Shown piece after piece: positions 26,625-44,849 of a stretch of DNA of 53,746 bases. A program made the position numbers and the translations under genes. The notes beneath the pieces are model-generated. The model ran no database searches. It was not told the origin of the DNA and worked only from the letters and a program-made list of their open reading frames with translations. The stretch spans positions 1 through 53,746 of the forward strand of contig JBFXBD010000042.1 of the NCBI GenBank assembly GCA_050183625.1, written 5' to 3'. The DNA comes from Gammaproteobacteria bacterium. Lineage in GTDB: Bacteria > Pseudomonadota > Gammaproteobacteria > JADZEE01. The stretch's first letter is position 1, and every line of letters begins with the position of its first letter.

Positions 26625-27590
26625 TCAGGCGAGCAGCGGCGCCAGCTTCGTGCATAGCGTGCGGATGTGCCGTGCGACGTAGTCCTCCGGGGTGCCCGCG
26701 AGCGAGGCGAACACATACAGGTGTTCCACCGGCAGGTCCGCCGCGTACTCCTTGACCCGGCGCGCGAACTCCTCCGGCGTGCCGTAAAGGAACGAGCCCA
26801 GCCCGTGCGACAGGTCGCGCGTGCGCAGCTTGTCCGGGTCAACCGGCTTGGGCGCGGGCTGGCCGGTTCCCTCCATCATGTAGCGGCGATAGGAATCCAT
26901 CTGGTAGGCCAGGTGCTTCGACACCACCGGCCAGTCGCGTTCGGGATCCTCGCTCACCCAGCCCTGGATACCGCCGGACACGCGCGCGATCGCCGGATCG
27001 TGGCCGGCCTCGATCAGCCCCTGGCGGTAGTGCTGGAACAGGTCGGGCGAGATGCTCAGGAGCCCCTCGCCGAGCAAGCCGGCGCGGCGCGCGCTCTTGG
27101 GACCCATGTAGCCCATCCAGATCGGCACCCGCGATTGTACCGGCGGCGGGGTGAGCCGGCCTTCGGACCACAGGCGTCGCAGTTCGCGCGCGCAGGCGTC
27201 GGTGGCCGAATAGCGCTTGCCATGGTCCTTGCCGAACAGTTCGAACTCGGGCACGCGATAGCCGGCGCCCAGGCCGAGTTCCAGCCGGCCGTTGCTGATG
27301 ATGTCGACGACCGCGGCCTGCTCGGCGACTTCCACCGGGTGGTGCAGCGGTGCGATCAGGATGGCGGTGCCGATCCGCATCGTCCTGGTGCGCGCGGCGA
27401 TCGCCGAGGAGAATGCCAGCGTCTGGGTCAGGTAGCCGTCCTCGAACAGGTGGTGCTCGCTGGTCCACACCGAGTGCGCGCCCAGGCGCTCGGCCTCCTC
27501 GCACATCTCCAGCGTGAAGCCGTACAGGCGCGACCAGTCCTGGCGCCAGCCGGGCGGATTGCGCAGATCGAAGTAGATGCCGAGCTTCAT
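26625..27590 (-). CDS. LLM-class (luciferase-like) flavin-dependent oxidoreductase
   Basis: MKLGIYFDLRNPP...SVWTSEHH...GRLELGLGAGY...: TIM-barrel LLM signatures. Confidence 0.8.
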   Translation of the reverse strand: MKLGIYFDLRNPPGWRQDWSRLYGFTLEMCEEAERLGAHSVWTSEHHLFEDGYLTQTLAFSSAIAARTRTMRIGTAILIAPLHHPVEVAEQAAVVDIISNGRLELGLGAGYRVPEFELFGKDHGKRYSATDACARELRRLWSEGRLTPPPVQSRVPIWMGYMGPKSARRAGLLGEGLLSISPDLFQHYRQGLIEAGHDPAIARVSGGIQGWVSEDPERDWPVVSKHLAYQMDSYRRYMMEGTGQPAPKPVDPDKLRTRDLSHGLGSFLYGTPEEFARRVKEYAADLPVEHLYVFASLAGTPEDYVARHIRTLCTKLAPLLA

Positions 27591-27633
27591 GTGTGTTCCT
27601 CCGGTTGCCGGTTCGCGCCGGGACGCATGGCAC

Positions 27634-28518
27634 TCATGGGCCGGGCGTCGCGACGATGAGCGCCACGCCCGCCACCATGATGGTGCCGATGAGCAGGTGC
27701 CGGGCCAGGCGCGGTTCGCCGAACAGCAGCGCGCCGTACACGATCCCGAACAGCAGGCTGGTACGCTTGACCGATATCATGTACGCGGTGGCGACGAAGT
27801 CCAGCGCGATGAAATGCGTGACGACCATGACCGCGTAGCAGGCCGCGATCGCAGCGTGCGCGCGCGGGCGGCGCAACAGCGCCGGCAGCGCGGCCGGGCG
27901 CGTAGTCGCCAGGCCCGCTAGCGTCAGCGCGCCCAGCACGACGAAGTACATCGCGCCCACGAAGCGCGGCGGCGCGTGCCCGACCGTGGCCTTGCCGATC
28001 ACGGCGGTGAGGCTGTAGATCGCCGCGACCGAGAGCATGAGCCGCGGGCCGGGCTGGGAGAACATGCGCCGCACGGGCGCGAGCAGGCCGTGGCGCGGGG
28101 AGGAGTGCGTATCCAGGGCGTTGAGCAGGTACCCGCCCAGCGCCACCAGGACGACGCCGGCCATGCCGGTCGCGGACAGTTCCTCCCCTAGCAGCACCCG
28201 GCCGGTGACCGCCGTGAATACCGGCGTGAAGGCGAGATAGGGCACGGTGTCGTGCAGCGGCGCGATCCGCAGCGCGCGCATGTACAGCCACAGGCCCAGG
28301 ACGTCCAACGGCGCCATCGCCGCCATCCAGCCCCAGAAGGCCGGTGGCGGGTCCGGCCACGGCATGGCCAGGATCCACGGCACCAGAAGTGCGCCGGTCC
28401 AGACGAACCGCACCGCGGTGATCTCCAGCGCGCTGTAGTCGGACAGGTACTTCTTGGTGAGCGCGTCCGCGCTGGCGAGGCTGAATGCGCACACCAGCGC
28501 GAGGGCGACCCAGATCAT
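27634..28518 (-). CDS. EamA/DMT-family transporter
   Basis: Ten predicted TM helices in two EamA halves. Start at MIWVALALV (ATG 28516-28518); the upstream extension is Pro/Arg-rich. Confidence 0.75.
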   Translation of the reverse strand: MIWVALALVCAFSLASADALTKKYLSDYSALEITAVRFVWTGALLVPWILAMPWPDPPPAFWGWMAAMAPLDVLGLWLYMRALRIAPLHDTVPYLAFTPVFTAVTGRVLLGEELSATGMAGVVLVALGGYLLNALDTHSSPRHGLLAPVRRMFSQPGPRLMLSVAAIYSLTAVIGKATVGHAPPRFVGAMYFVVLGALTLAGLATTRPAALPALLRRPRAHAAIAACYAVMVVTHFIALDFVATAYMISVKRTSLLFGIVYGALLFGEPRLARHLLIGTIMVAGVALIVATPGP

Positions 28519-28603
28519 CGACGAATCATAGCAGGGCGCCGAACGCGGCGGCGGATGTGCGAGAATCGACCGTACCGGCCCGCCGGCCGGGGAGGTAGGC
28601 ACG

Positions 28604-29299
28604 ATGAGATTTCCGTTCGCATCCGTCGCGTTGGCTGCCGTGCTCGCGAGCGCGGGCGCCGCGGCAGGGGAGGCACCGGTCTACGATCAGGTGAGCCTGT
28701 CCGTCAGCGCACAGGAGGAAGTGTCCAACGATCTGCTCGTGGCAATCCTCTACGCGCAGCGCGAGGGTGCGCGCCAGGCCGAAGTGGCCGATGGCGTCAA
28801 CACGGCGATGCGTGCCGCGCTCGACGTCGCCAAGGCCACCGCCACGGTCAAGGTGCAGACGCTGGGCTATTCCACTTCGCCGGTCTACAACCGTGAGTCG
28901 GTGGTCGGCTGGCGCGCACGCCAGAGCCTGCGCCTGGAGAGCCGCGATCACGCCGCGCTCACGGCGTTGGTCGGCCGCCTGCAGGACAGCCTCGCGGTCG
29001 AGTCGATCGGCTACGGGATCTCGACGGACGCGCGCCAGGGCGTGGAGGATCGCCTGATTGCGTCGGCGCTTGCGGCCTTCAGGAAGCGCGCCGATCTGAT
29101 CGCACGCGAGATGGGCCGGCGCAGCTATCGCATCGTCCGGGCGGATGTCGGCACCAGCGGCTACCAGCCGCCGATGCCGCTGCGGGCGATGGCGATGCGC
29201 GCCGACGTGGCGTCGGTCGCGCCACCGGCCGTGGAAGCCGGAAGCCAGGCGGTCGCGGTGACCGTCTCGGGTACGATCGAATTGACGGCGGCGCAATGA
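28604..29299 (+). CDS. SIMPL-domain (DUF541/YggE-like) periplasmic protein
   Basis: Signal peptide MRFPFASVALAAVLASAGAAAG. SIMPL family layout (...VSAQEEVSNDLLVAILYAQREG...). Confidence 0.7.
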   Translation: MRFPFASVALAAVLASAGAAAGEAPVYDQVSLSVSAQEEVSNDLLVAILYAQREGARQAEVADGVNTAMRAALDVAKATATVKVQTLGYSTSPVYNRESVVGWRARQSLRLESRDHAALTALVGRLQDSLAVESIGYGISTDARQGVEDRLIASALAAFRKRADLIAREMGRRSYRIVRADVGTSGYQPPMPLRAMAMRADVASVAPPAVEAGSQAVAVTVSGTIELTAAQ

Positions 29300-29350
29300 C
29301 CACCGCCAGGCGGGCCATGCCCGCCTGCAATCCGACCAGGAGCCAGATAC

Positions 29351-31210
29351 GTGATTGACATCGCTTCAGCGCCGTTGCGCGCGGTCAGCATGGGTTCTAT
29401 CGACGCCGTATCCGAACGTCGATCCGACGGCAGCGTCATCCTGCGGCGGCGCGAAGCGCTCGCTGTGTATCCGGGCAAGCTGACCGAGCGCTTCGTGCAT
29501 TGGGCCGGCGTCGCCCCGGATCGGACGCTGTTCGCGCAGATGGACAGCGCGGGGCGCTGGGAGCGGATTGGCTGGGGCGAGGGGTTGTCGAAGGTGCGCA
29601 GCCTGGCGCAGGCGTTGATCGATCGGGAACTGTCGCCGGAGCGCCCCGTGGTGGTGCTGTCGGAGAACGGGCTGGAACTCGGGCTGCTGGGCCTGGCCTG
29701 CATGATGGCCGGGGTGCCGTGCGTGGCGGTATCGCCTTCCTACTCCCTGCTGGCGACCGACTTCTTCAAGCTCCGGCAGGTTCTCGGGATGGTCGACGCG
29801 GGGCTGGTGTTCGCGGGCAACGGCGAGCGCTACGCGCGCGCGATCGAGGCGGTGATCCCCGCAACGACCGAAGTGGTGGTCGCCGAGGCACCCTACACCC
29901 GCCCGCGGGGCGTGACGATGTTCTCCTCGCTGCTCGCCACCCGCGCCACGGCCGACGTCGATGCCGCGCATTCGCGGGTCGGCCCGGAGACGATTGCCAA
30001 GATCCTGTTCACTTCCGGATCCACCGGCATTCCCAAGGCCGTGCCGGTGACGCAGCGCATGGTCTGCGCGAACCAGCAGGGGATCCTGCAGACCTTCACC
30101 TTCCTCGGCGAACAACCGCCGGTACTCTGCGACTGGCTGCCCTGGCATCACACCTTCGGCGGCAACAACAATGTCGGCATGGCGATCTACAACGGCGGCA
30201 GCTTCTACATCGACCAGGGCCGGCCGATGCCCGGGCTGATCGAGGCCACCGCGCGGGCGTTGCGCGATGTCTCGCCGACGATGTACATGTCCGTGCCCAA
30301 GGGCGTGGAGGCGCTGCTGCCGCTGCTGCGCGCGGACGAGGAACTGGCCGCACGGATGTTCCGGGACGTGCGCTGCACGATGTTCGGCGGCGCGCCCATG
30401 CCCTCGCACGTACTCGACGCACTGGAAGCCGTGGAGGTGCAGGCCATCGGCGAACGCATCGTCAACGTCAACGGCGTGGGTTCCACGGATGCCGGCCCCT
30501 CGGCGGTGTTCGCGAACTGGCACGTCGGCAACCAGCCGGTCGTCGGCCTGCCGGTGTCGGGCATGCTGGCCAAGGTGGTCCCCAACGGCAGCAAGCTGGA
30601 ATTGCGCCTGAAGGGCCCCTCGGTGCTGGAACGCTACTGGCGCGATCCGCAGCGCACCCAGGAGGCGTTCGACGAGGAGGGGTTCTTCCGCATCGGTGAC
30701 GCAATCACCTGGGTGGACCCGGACGACCACGCCAAGGGCATGGTCTACAACGGCCGCGTGGTCGAGGATTTCAAGCTCACCAGCGGAACGTGGGTGAACG
30801 TGGGCGGCCTGCGCCTGCGCATCATCGATGCGATGGCGCCTTACCTGCGCGACGCGGTGCTCGCGGGCAGCGGTTGCGACTACACCGCGGCGATCCTGTT
30901 CCTGAACGTGGATGCCTGCCGGCCGCTGTGCCCGGATCTGCCGCCGGATGCAGGCGGCGATGCCTTTGCCGCCCATGCCGCGGTGCGCGCCATGGTGCAG
31001 GCGTCCCTGGACGCCCAGCCGGCGCGCGCCGGCGGCGCCGAGAGCATCGATCGGGTCGTGATCGAAGCCGAGCAGCCGAGCCTGGACAACGGCGAACTCA
31101 CCGACAAGAACACCGTGAGCCAGCGCGCGGTGCTGGAGCGGCGCGCGGCGGTGGTCCAGGAGCTGTACCGGGAGCCGCCGTCCGCGCGCACGATTGCGCG
31201 CCGGCGCTGA
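29351..31210 (+). CDS. AMP-dependent CoA ligase, feruloyl-CoA-synthase-like (about 620 aa)
   Basis: LFTSGSTGIPKAV AMP-binding motif and the long architecture typical of Fcs-type hydroxycinnamate-CoA ligases. GTG start; ATG at 29390 is an alternative. Confidence 0.65.
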   Translation: MIDIASAPLRAVSMGSIDAVSERRSDGSVILRRREALAVYPGKLTERFVHWAGVAPDRTLFAQMDSAGRWERIGWGEGLSKVRSLAQALIDRELSPERPVVVLSENGLELGLLGLACMMAGVPCVAVSPSYSLLATDFFKLRQVLGMVDAGLVFAGNGERYARAIEAVIPATTEVVVAEAPYTRPRGVTMFSSLLATRATADVDAAHSRVGPETIAKILFTSGSTGIPKAVPVTQRMVCANQQGILQTFTFLGEQPPVLCDWLPWHHTFGGNNNVGMAIYNGGSFYIDQGRPMPGLIEATARALRDVSPTMYMSVPKGVEALLPLLRADEELAARMFRDVRCTMFGGAPMPSHVLDALEAVEVQAIGERIVNVNGVGSTDAGPSAVFANWHVGNQPVVGLPVSGMLAKVVPNGSKLELRLKGPSVLERYWRDPQRTQEAFDEEGFFRIGDAITWVDPDDHAKGMVYNGRVVEDFKLTSGTWVNVGGLRLRIIDAMAPYLRDAVLAGSGCDYTAAILFLNVDACRPLCPDLPPDAGGDAFAAHAAVRAMVQASLDAQPARAGGAESIDRVVIEAEQPSLDNGELTDKNTVSQRAVLERRAAVVQELYREPPSARTIARRR

Positions 31211-32246
31211 TCGCGCGGGCGCTCAGCGCCGGCGCAGGAACAGCTCCAGCAGCTCGCGCGCGGCGACCGACGGTGCCAGCCGGCCGGCGGTGACCTCGGC
31301 TTCCAGCGTGCCGACGCGCGCGCTCGCGGCGGCATCGGATCGCAGCATGGCGGTCAGGGCATCGGTGGCATCGGCCCACATCCACGCCCGCGCCTGATTG
31401 GCGCGCCGGGAGGCCAGCCGCCCGGCCTCGCGCGCCCGCCCGCAGTACTCCTGCATCCTGTTCCAGGCCTCGGCGACGCCGGTGCCTGCGATTGCCGAGC
31501 AGGTCTGCACGGGCACGCGCCAGTCGTCGTCGCGCCGGCGCAGCAGGTGCAGCGCGTTGGCGTACTCGCCGGCCGTGCGCTGCGCGATCGGCAGCAGTTC
31601 GCCGTCGGCCTTGTTCACGATCACGAAGTCCGCCAGCTCGACGATGCCGCGCTTGATGCCCTGAAGTTCGTCTCCGCCGGAAGGCACCAGCAGCAGCACG
31701 AACATGTCGGTCATGTCGGCGACCGCCGTCTCGGACTGCCCGACGCCGACGGTCTCCACCAGGATCACGTCGAACCCGCCCGCTTCGCACAGCAGGATCG
31801 CCTCGCGCGTGCGGCGGGCGACGCCGCCCAGGGTGCCGCCGGAGGGCGAGGGCCGGATGAAGGCCTCGGGCCGGCGCGACAGCACCTCCATGCGCGTCTT
31901 GTCGCCGAGGATCGAACCGCCCGAGATGGCCGAGGACGGGTCCACCGCGAGCGCGGCCACCCGGTGCCCGGCGTCGATGATGTGATTGCCCAGCGCCTCG
32001 ATGAAGGTGGACTTGCCCACCCCCGGCACACCGGAGATGCCGATCCGGATCGATCGGCCGGTGTGCGGCATGAGCAGCGCCAGCAGTTCCGCCGCGCGCT
32101 CGCGGTGATCTGCGCGCGTGGACTCGGCCAGGGTGATCGCCCGGGCCAGTGCCCGGCGCTCGCCGGCGCACAGCCGCGCCGCCAGCGAAGGGATGTCCGC
32201 CGCGTTCACGGCCGGGAGTGCCGCGGACGGGACGCGGGCGGCTGGA

Positions 32247-34229
<1,983 letters not shown>

Positions 34230-34268
34230 GGCGTTCGGCTGTCGTTCTCGTGTCGGAGGCTGCGCGGA

Positions 34269-35801
<1,533 letters not shown>

Positions 35802-35912
35802 TCGTGCCCCCTTAGAAAATCGTCTCGCGCGGGCTCTGCGCCCGCGCTGGAATCCGGCGCGCCGGCGCCGGCGCGCATCGATCGCGAACCGGCGCGAAGC
35901 CGGCCCCGCCGC

Positions 35913-38063
<2,151 letters not shown>

Positions 38064-38161
38064 GGGTTCGGGGCGGTCCGTCTGCTGCAGGGGAGGCCGT
38101 ATTGCCAAATCCCGGATTCTACAGAATCAGGCGCCGCGGTAGCAGGGGAGCCGGCGCGGCC

Positions 38162-39535
38162 TCAGGGCCGGTGGTGCGAGATCACGAAGCTCTCGTCGTT
38201 GAACCACAGGCCCTGGTGGCGCTGCAGGGTTTCGCGGGTGGCGGCCAGGAACGCACCCGAGGCGACTGCTTCGTTCAGCCGGTCATCGTCGATCTGGTTG
38301 ACGTAGATGGCCGCGTTCCATGCCGAGAACAGGGTCGACATGCCGGCCTGGGCGATGAAGCCCGCCGGCAGGCTGTGCATCTCGAAACGGAAGATCGACT
38401 TGGCGTCCGCCAGCGCGCTGAGGTTGTAGTCGCGGGCATCGCGCCCGAGTTCCTCCTTCAGCGCCGCGAGCAGGTCGTGCCGGCGAACGGGGAACGGCGC
38501 CTCGTCGGGCCAGACCGCCCGCACCAGTTCCAGGCCTGCGTCCTCGCCGTAGGACTGGATGCCGAGCAGGCGGCCGCCCGGCGCCAGGCTGCGGGTGAGC
38601 GGGGCCAGGATGTTGCGCGCCCGTGTCGATGCCGGCGCGCGCGAACGCCACGGCTGGGAGGCCAGGATGAAATCGTACCGGCCCTCGGCCCGGCCCGGCT
38701 GGGGCACGATCGGAGCGAGCAGGAAGCGCTGGTCGTCGCGGTAGATCACCAGCACCGACGGTCGCACGTACACCGGATTGCCGCTGCCCGCACCGACGTG
38801 GGTGCGCCATCCGGCCTGGATGACCGGCTCCAGTCCCTCCATCTGCTCGGCGTACTCGTGCGCCGAGTTCCCGGTCAGGCGGACCTCGTGCCAGTTGAGC
38901 GCCGCGGCCGACTGCAGGTCGCGCGGCATGAGCCGCGGCGCCTCGGTGTAGTTCAGGTTGGTGACCACCAGGACGGTCGCCGGATGCTCCAGGAAACGGT
39001 CCGGCATCTTCGACAGCGCCAGCGCCAGGTCGTCGGGAGACAACTCCTTGGCGACCACCAGCAGCGGTACGTTGGAAAAGCGCCGGTGCAGATCCCGCAG
39101 CAGCAGCGACAGCACGGTGGCATCGCCCATCCCGGCGTCGAACAGGCGCAGCGCCGGCGGCGCCGGGCGCAGGTACTGCAACTCGTGGCCGGCGCGCCGG
39201 GCGATGCGCTGCTTCTCGTTGCAGGCGTTGACGAAAGCCAGGTAGCGCTGGCGGTTGGCGAAGAACCGGAACGCGCCGGAAGTCGGTGCGTCCGCGGCGA
39301 GCAACGGTGCCGCCGGCAGCACGCGTGGGGCTTCGTCGGCTGCCGGGTCGCCGGCGTGCGCGCGCATGAACTCCCGCACCCGGTGCAGCGTGCGCACGGT
39401 CACGCCCTTGCCGCCGCGCAGCCGCGACACGAGCTTGCCGTCGTTGACCGCGAGCCGCCCGAAGGTGGACTCGGCGGTCCCGCTGCGCCGGCACCAGCGC
39501 TCGATGTCGTGCAGCAGGTCTGCTATGTCGTTCAT
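38162..39535 (-). CDS. Hypothetical protein (about 458 aa) with a possible N-terminal HTH-like segment; first gene of the mutase/pcc run
   Basis: Start at MNDIADLLHDIERW (Met97 of the ORF); the upstream ORF extension is junk and overlaps the metK start. N-terminus ...TAESTFGRLAVNDGKLVSRLRGGKGVTVRTLHRVREFM is regulator/HTH-like. No family confidently recognised. Confidence 0.5.
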   Translation of the reverse strand: MNDIADLLHDIERWCRRSGTAESTFGRLAVNDGKLVSRLRGGKGVTVRTLHRVREFMRAHAGDPAADEAPRVLPAAPLLAADAPTSGAFRFFANRQRYLAFVNACNEKQRIARRAGHELQYLRPAPPALRLFDAGMGDATVLSLLLRDLHRRFSNVPLLVVAKELSPDDLALALSKMPDRFLEHPATVLVVTNLNYTEAPRLMPRDLQSAAALNWHEVRLTGNSAHEYAEQMEGLEPVIQAGWRTHVGAGSGNPVYVRPSVLVIYRDDQRFLLAPIVPQPGRAEGRYDFILASQPWRSRAPASTRARNILAPLTRSLAPGGRLLGIQSYGEDAGLELVRAVWPDEAPFPVRRHDLLAALKEELGRDARDYNLSALADAKSIFRFEMHSLPAGFIAQAGMSTLFSAWNAAIYVNQIDDDRLNEAVASGAFLAATRETLQRHQGLWFNDESFVISHHRP

Positions 39536-39821
39536 GACTCTAGTGGGACAAATCCCATAAAAGGGTGGGCGAACGAACGGCCCGTCGGGTGCCAGGCACC
39601 GCGGGAACGGCACTTGCGGCCGAATGATCGGGCGCGGCGCACGCTGGCCGCCCATGCTTATAGGGAATATCCCATATTTGAACTGCATGTGGAAGATGGG
39701 ACGAATTTTGTTTGACTTGTCCCACCCGGGCGGTTTTAATGCCCGCGGTTTCCAGTCCCGGGCGGCAGGTCCGTACGCGGCCGTGCCGCCGCCATTCCAC
39801 CCTGAAGGAGGTTCGCACAGC
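39536..39821. promoter_or_regulatory. Divergent control region between the hypothetical gene and metK, AT-richer, with an inverted GTGGGACAA(A/G)TC motif pair
   Basis: GTGGGACAAATCCCAT at about 39544-39559 and its reverse-complement relative GTTTGACTTGTCCCAC at about 39711-39726, plus GGGAATATCCCAT. GAAGGAGG RBS before metK. Confidence 0.4.
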
Positions 39822-41003
<1,182 letters not shown>

Positions 41004-41134
41004 TCCGGGGTCCGTTCGAATACCACTTCCAGGTGCGGCGCAGGGCTTGACGCCGGCGTGGCCGGCCCGGGGCAGGTGACCCCGGGCCGGCGCACCGCGC
41101 CTGCCCGCGCAGCCAATTGAAGGAGATTGAATCC

Positions 41135-42595
<1,461 letters not shown>

Positions 42596-42621
42596 TCGGC
42601 ACGGCCAGGCGCCCGTTTCGC

Positions 42622-42650
42622 AAGGCCCGCCCCGGCGGGCCTTGTTTTTT
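42622..42650 (+). terminator. Rho-independent terminator after ahcY
   Basis: GGCCCGCC..GGCGGGCC stem followed by TTGTTTTTT. Confidence 0.8.
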
Positions 42651-42697
42651 CCAGGGGCATTCCACGTTGCGTGGAAATGTGGAATGTCCCCATTTCG

Positions 42698-44599
42698 TCA
42701 GGCGGCGGGGGCGAGGCGGATTTCGGTGCGGTCGCGCAGTTCGACGGCGAGCGCCGCGCGGCCGGCGGCGTCGCCGGTAAGCGTTGATGTGTCCGCGCCG
42801 GTGACGGTGTAGCGGCGGCCGGGTTGCAGGCGTTCGAATTGCAGCGTCTGCGGGCCGGGCTCGCGGCCCGGCCTGAGCACCAGGGTGAGATCCTCGCCGT
42901 CGCTGACCGCGCGCGCGACCCGCACCCCGGGCCAGGGGGCGTCGGCGAGGATCGGCCCGCGCAGCGATGCCTCGGGTGGGCCGGCGAGGATGGCGTCGCG
43001 CCAGTAGCCGCGGAAACCCATGCGCGACTCCGCGATCGAGGCATTGGCAATCGTCGAGGCCTGGTAGTACAGCATGCCGTCGCGTTCGGTGCGTCCGCAG
43101 TGTTCGTCGATCATGCGCAACGCGGCGGCGGCCACCTCGGCATCACCGAACTCGTGCGCGCTGCCCAGGGCCGCGTCGAGCGTGAAGGCGTGGCCGCTGC
43201 GATAGTTGCCGTAGTCGATGCCCTTGCCCTGCAGGCGGATTTTCAATCCGTCGCCGTCGCGGACCACCTGCTCGTGGCGCGCCATCGCCCAGAAGCGTTC
43301 CGCCAGATCGGGAAACAGCGGGCTGAGCATCTTGGCCAGCACCGCATCCGGCTGCGGAAAGGGCAGCGCGTGCCCGGTGTGCTTGGAACGCAGCGCCACC
43401 ATGCCCGAGTCCGTGTGGATGAACTCCTGTTCCAGGCGGGCGCGGAATCGCTCCCGCAGGTGCGCCACGTGGTCGGTGCCGAAGACGTGGTCGTAGGCCG
43501 ACAGCGCCGTCAGGCCGCGGAAATTGCACGCCGGGTAGATCCAGTTCGGTTCGCAGGGAAACAGGCAGTAGGCCTGGCCGTTGAAGTTGTCCAGCAGCGA
43601 CTGGTTGATGGTGTGCACGTCGTGCCGGTAGGCGGGCTGGCCGGCGAGCATGAACGTCAGGCTGCCGGGCTCGGCATAGCGGCGGTCACCGGTGTTGCTC
43701 ATGTAGAGCAGCACGTTGATGTTGATGTAGCCGGTCAGCATGACGTTGTCGCGCCGGGCCGGATCGCCGTTCAGGCTGAGGTTGCCCCAGGCGTTTTCGA
43801 GCCGCCAGTAGCCCCAGATGGCATCCTGCATGTACTGCTCGATGAGGCGGCGCTGGGCCAGGTTCAGGCAGCCGTGGAAGCTCGGCGTGTAGTGGCACTG
43901 CGCGACCGCGAGCGCGTAGCCGATCTGGTTCAACTGGTAGCGCAGCGCGGAGGTCTGGAATTGATCGATGCGGTCGAACCCGCGCAGTTCGCCCACCGGC
44001 TGAAGCGCCCGATCCAGCAGGTAAGCCAGCCCGCCGAGCTGGTCCGCATCCAGCTCGCGTACCGCGGGCGCGGGCACGGCAACCGCCCGAAGCCCGGCGA
44101 TCTCGCCCGGAAGGTAGGCGTTGCGTTCCTCGCGCCGCTTCAATTGTTCGATGTAGCGGCGCTGCCGGCGCCAACTCGCGTGCGCCAGGTTCGCAAGCGC
44201 CAGCGCCGGCACGACGTAGGTGGCCGGCAGCCAGATCTCCGGGCCGGCCATCGCACCGGCAATCGCGGCGGCGATTGCCCAGACCAGCACCGGCGCGATG
44301 ATCATTCCCGAGCCGAACCAGGCGAAGAACGCGATCGCGAACAGGACCAGCGTGACCGGGAACAGTGCGGTTGCGCCTCCCCCAACTGCCAGGAATCCGG
44401 CCCCCGGCAGCCACAGTCCCCAGCCGGCCGCGCGCCAGCCGGCGGACCAGTCGAGCAGCGTCGGCGCCAGTCCGGCGGCGCACAACGCCAGGTACAGCAG
44501 GCGGCTGCGCAGCAGCCGGGCACGGGTAATCGGGCCCTCGGCGTGCGGCTTCAACGCGATGCCCGCGGTGGACGGTGTGAACTGCGCAGTGACCGACAT
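42698..44599 (-). CDS. Hypothetical membrane-anchored protein (about 633 aa; N-terminal multi-TM region plus large soluble domain)
   Basis: Start at MSVTAQF (ATG 44597-44599) preceded by GGGAGG. TM-rich N-terminus (LYLALCAAGLAPTLL, GWGLWLPGAGFLAVGG, LFAIAFFAWFGSGMIIAPVLVWAIAAAIAGA). The upstream ORF extension is junk. Confidence 0.6.
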   Translation of the reverse strand: MSVTAQFTPSTAGIALKPHAEGPITRARLLRSRLLYLALCAAGLAPTLLDWSAGWRAAGWGLWLPGAGFLAVGGGATALFPVTLVLFAIAFFAWFGSGMIIAPVLVWAIAAAIAGAMAGPEIWLPATYVVPALALANLAHASWRRQRRYIEQLKRREERNAYLPGEIAGLRAVAVPAPAVRELDADQLGGLAYLLDRALQPVGELRGFDRIDQFQTSALRYQLNQIGYALAVAQCHYTPSFHGCLNLAQRRLIEQYMQDAIWGYWRLENAWGNLSLNGDPARRDNVMLTGYININVLLYMSNTGDRRYAEPGSLTFMLAGQPAYRHDVHTINQSLLDNFNGQAYCLFPCEPNWIYPACNFRGLTALSAYDHVFGTDHVAHLRERFRARLEQEFIHTDSGMVALRSKHTGHALPFPQPDAVLAKMLSPLFPDLAERFWAMARHEQVVRDGDGLKIRLQGKGIDYGNYRSGHAFTLDAALGSAHEFGDAEVAAAALRMIDEHCGRTERDGMLYYQASTIANASIAESRMGFRGYWRDAILAGPPEASLRGPILADAPWPGVRVARAVSDGEDLTLVLRPGREPGPQTLQFERLQPGRRYTVTGADTSTLTGDAAGRAALAVELRDRTEIRLAPAA

Positions 44600-44849
44600 G
44601 ATGCCTCCCGTGATGATCCTGGCGCCGAGGGCGCCCCGGCAGCATACGCCCTGATCCACGGCGCCCGGAACCGCAATGCCTGCCCGGCCCGGGCCGCCGG
44701 CACGCATGCGCAGGGAGATACAATGTCGGCGCCATGGCTGCCCACCCTGCCACCGTCCTCTTCGGCACCAACGGGCGATCCGGGAGGCGGGCCGGTTCGA
44801 CGGCTGTCCGGATCCTTTACGCGGGCGGCTTCGACCCCGCGCCTGCGGC

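Noticed and set aside
39700-39821. SAM riboswitch in the metK leader
   Set aside because: I could not recognise SAM-I or SAM-II consensus elements or the characteristic pseudoknot by eye. Left as a regulatory-region finding pending an Rfam scan.
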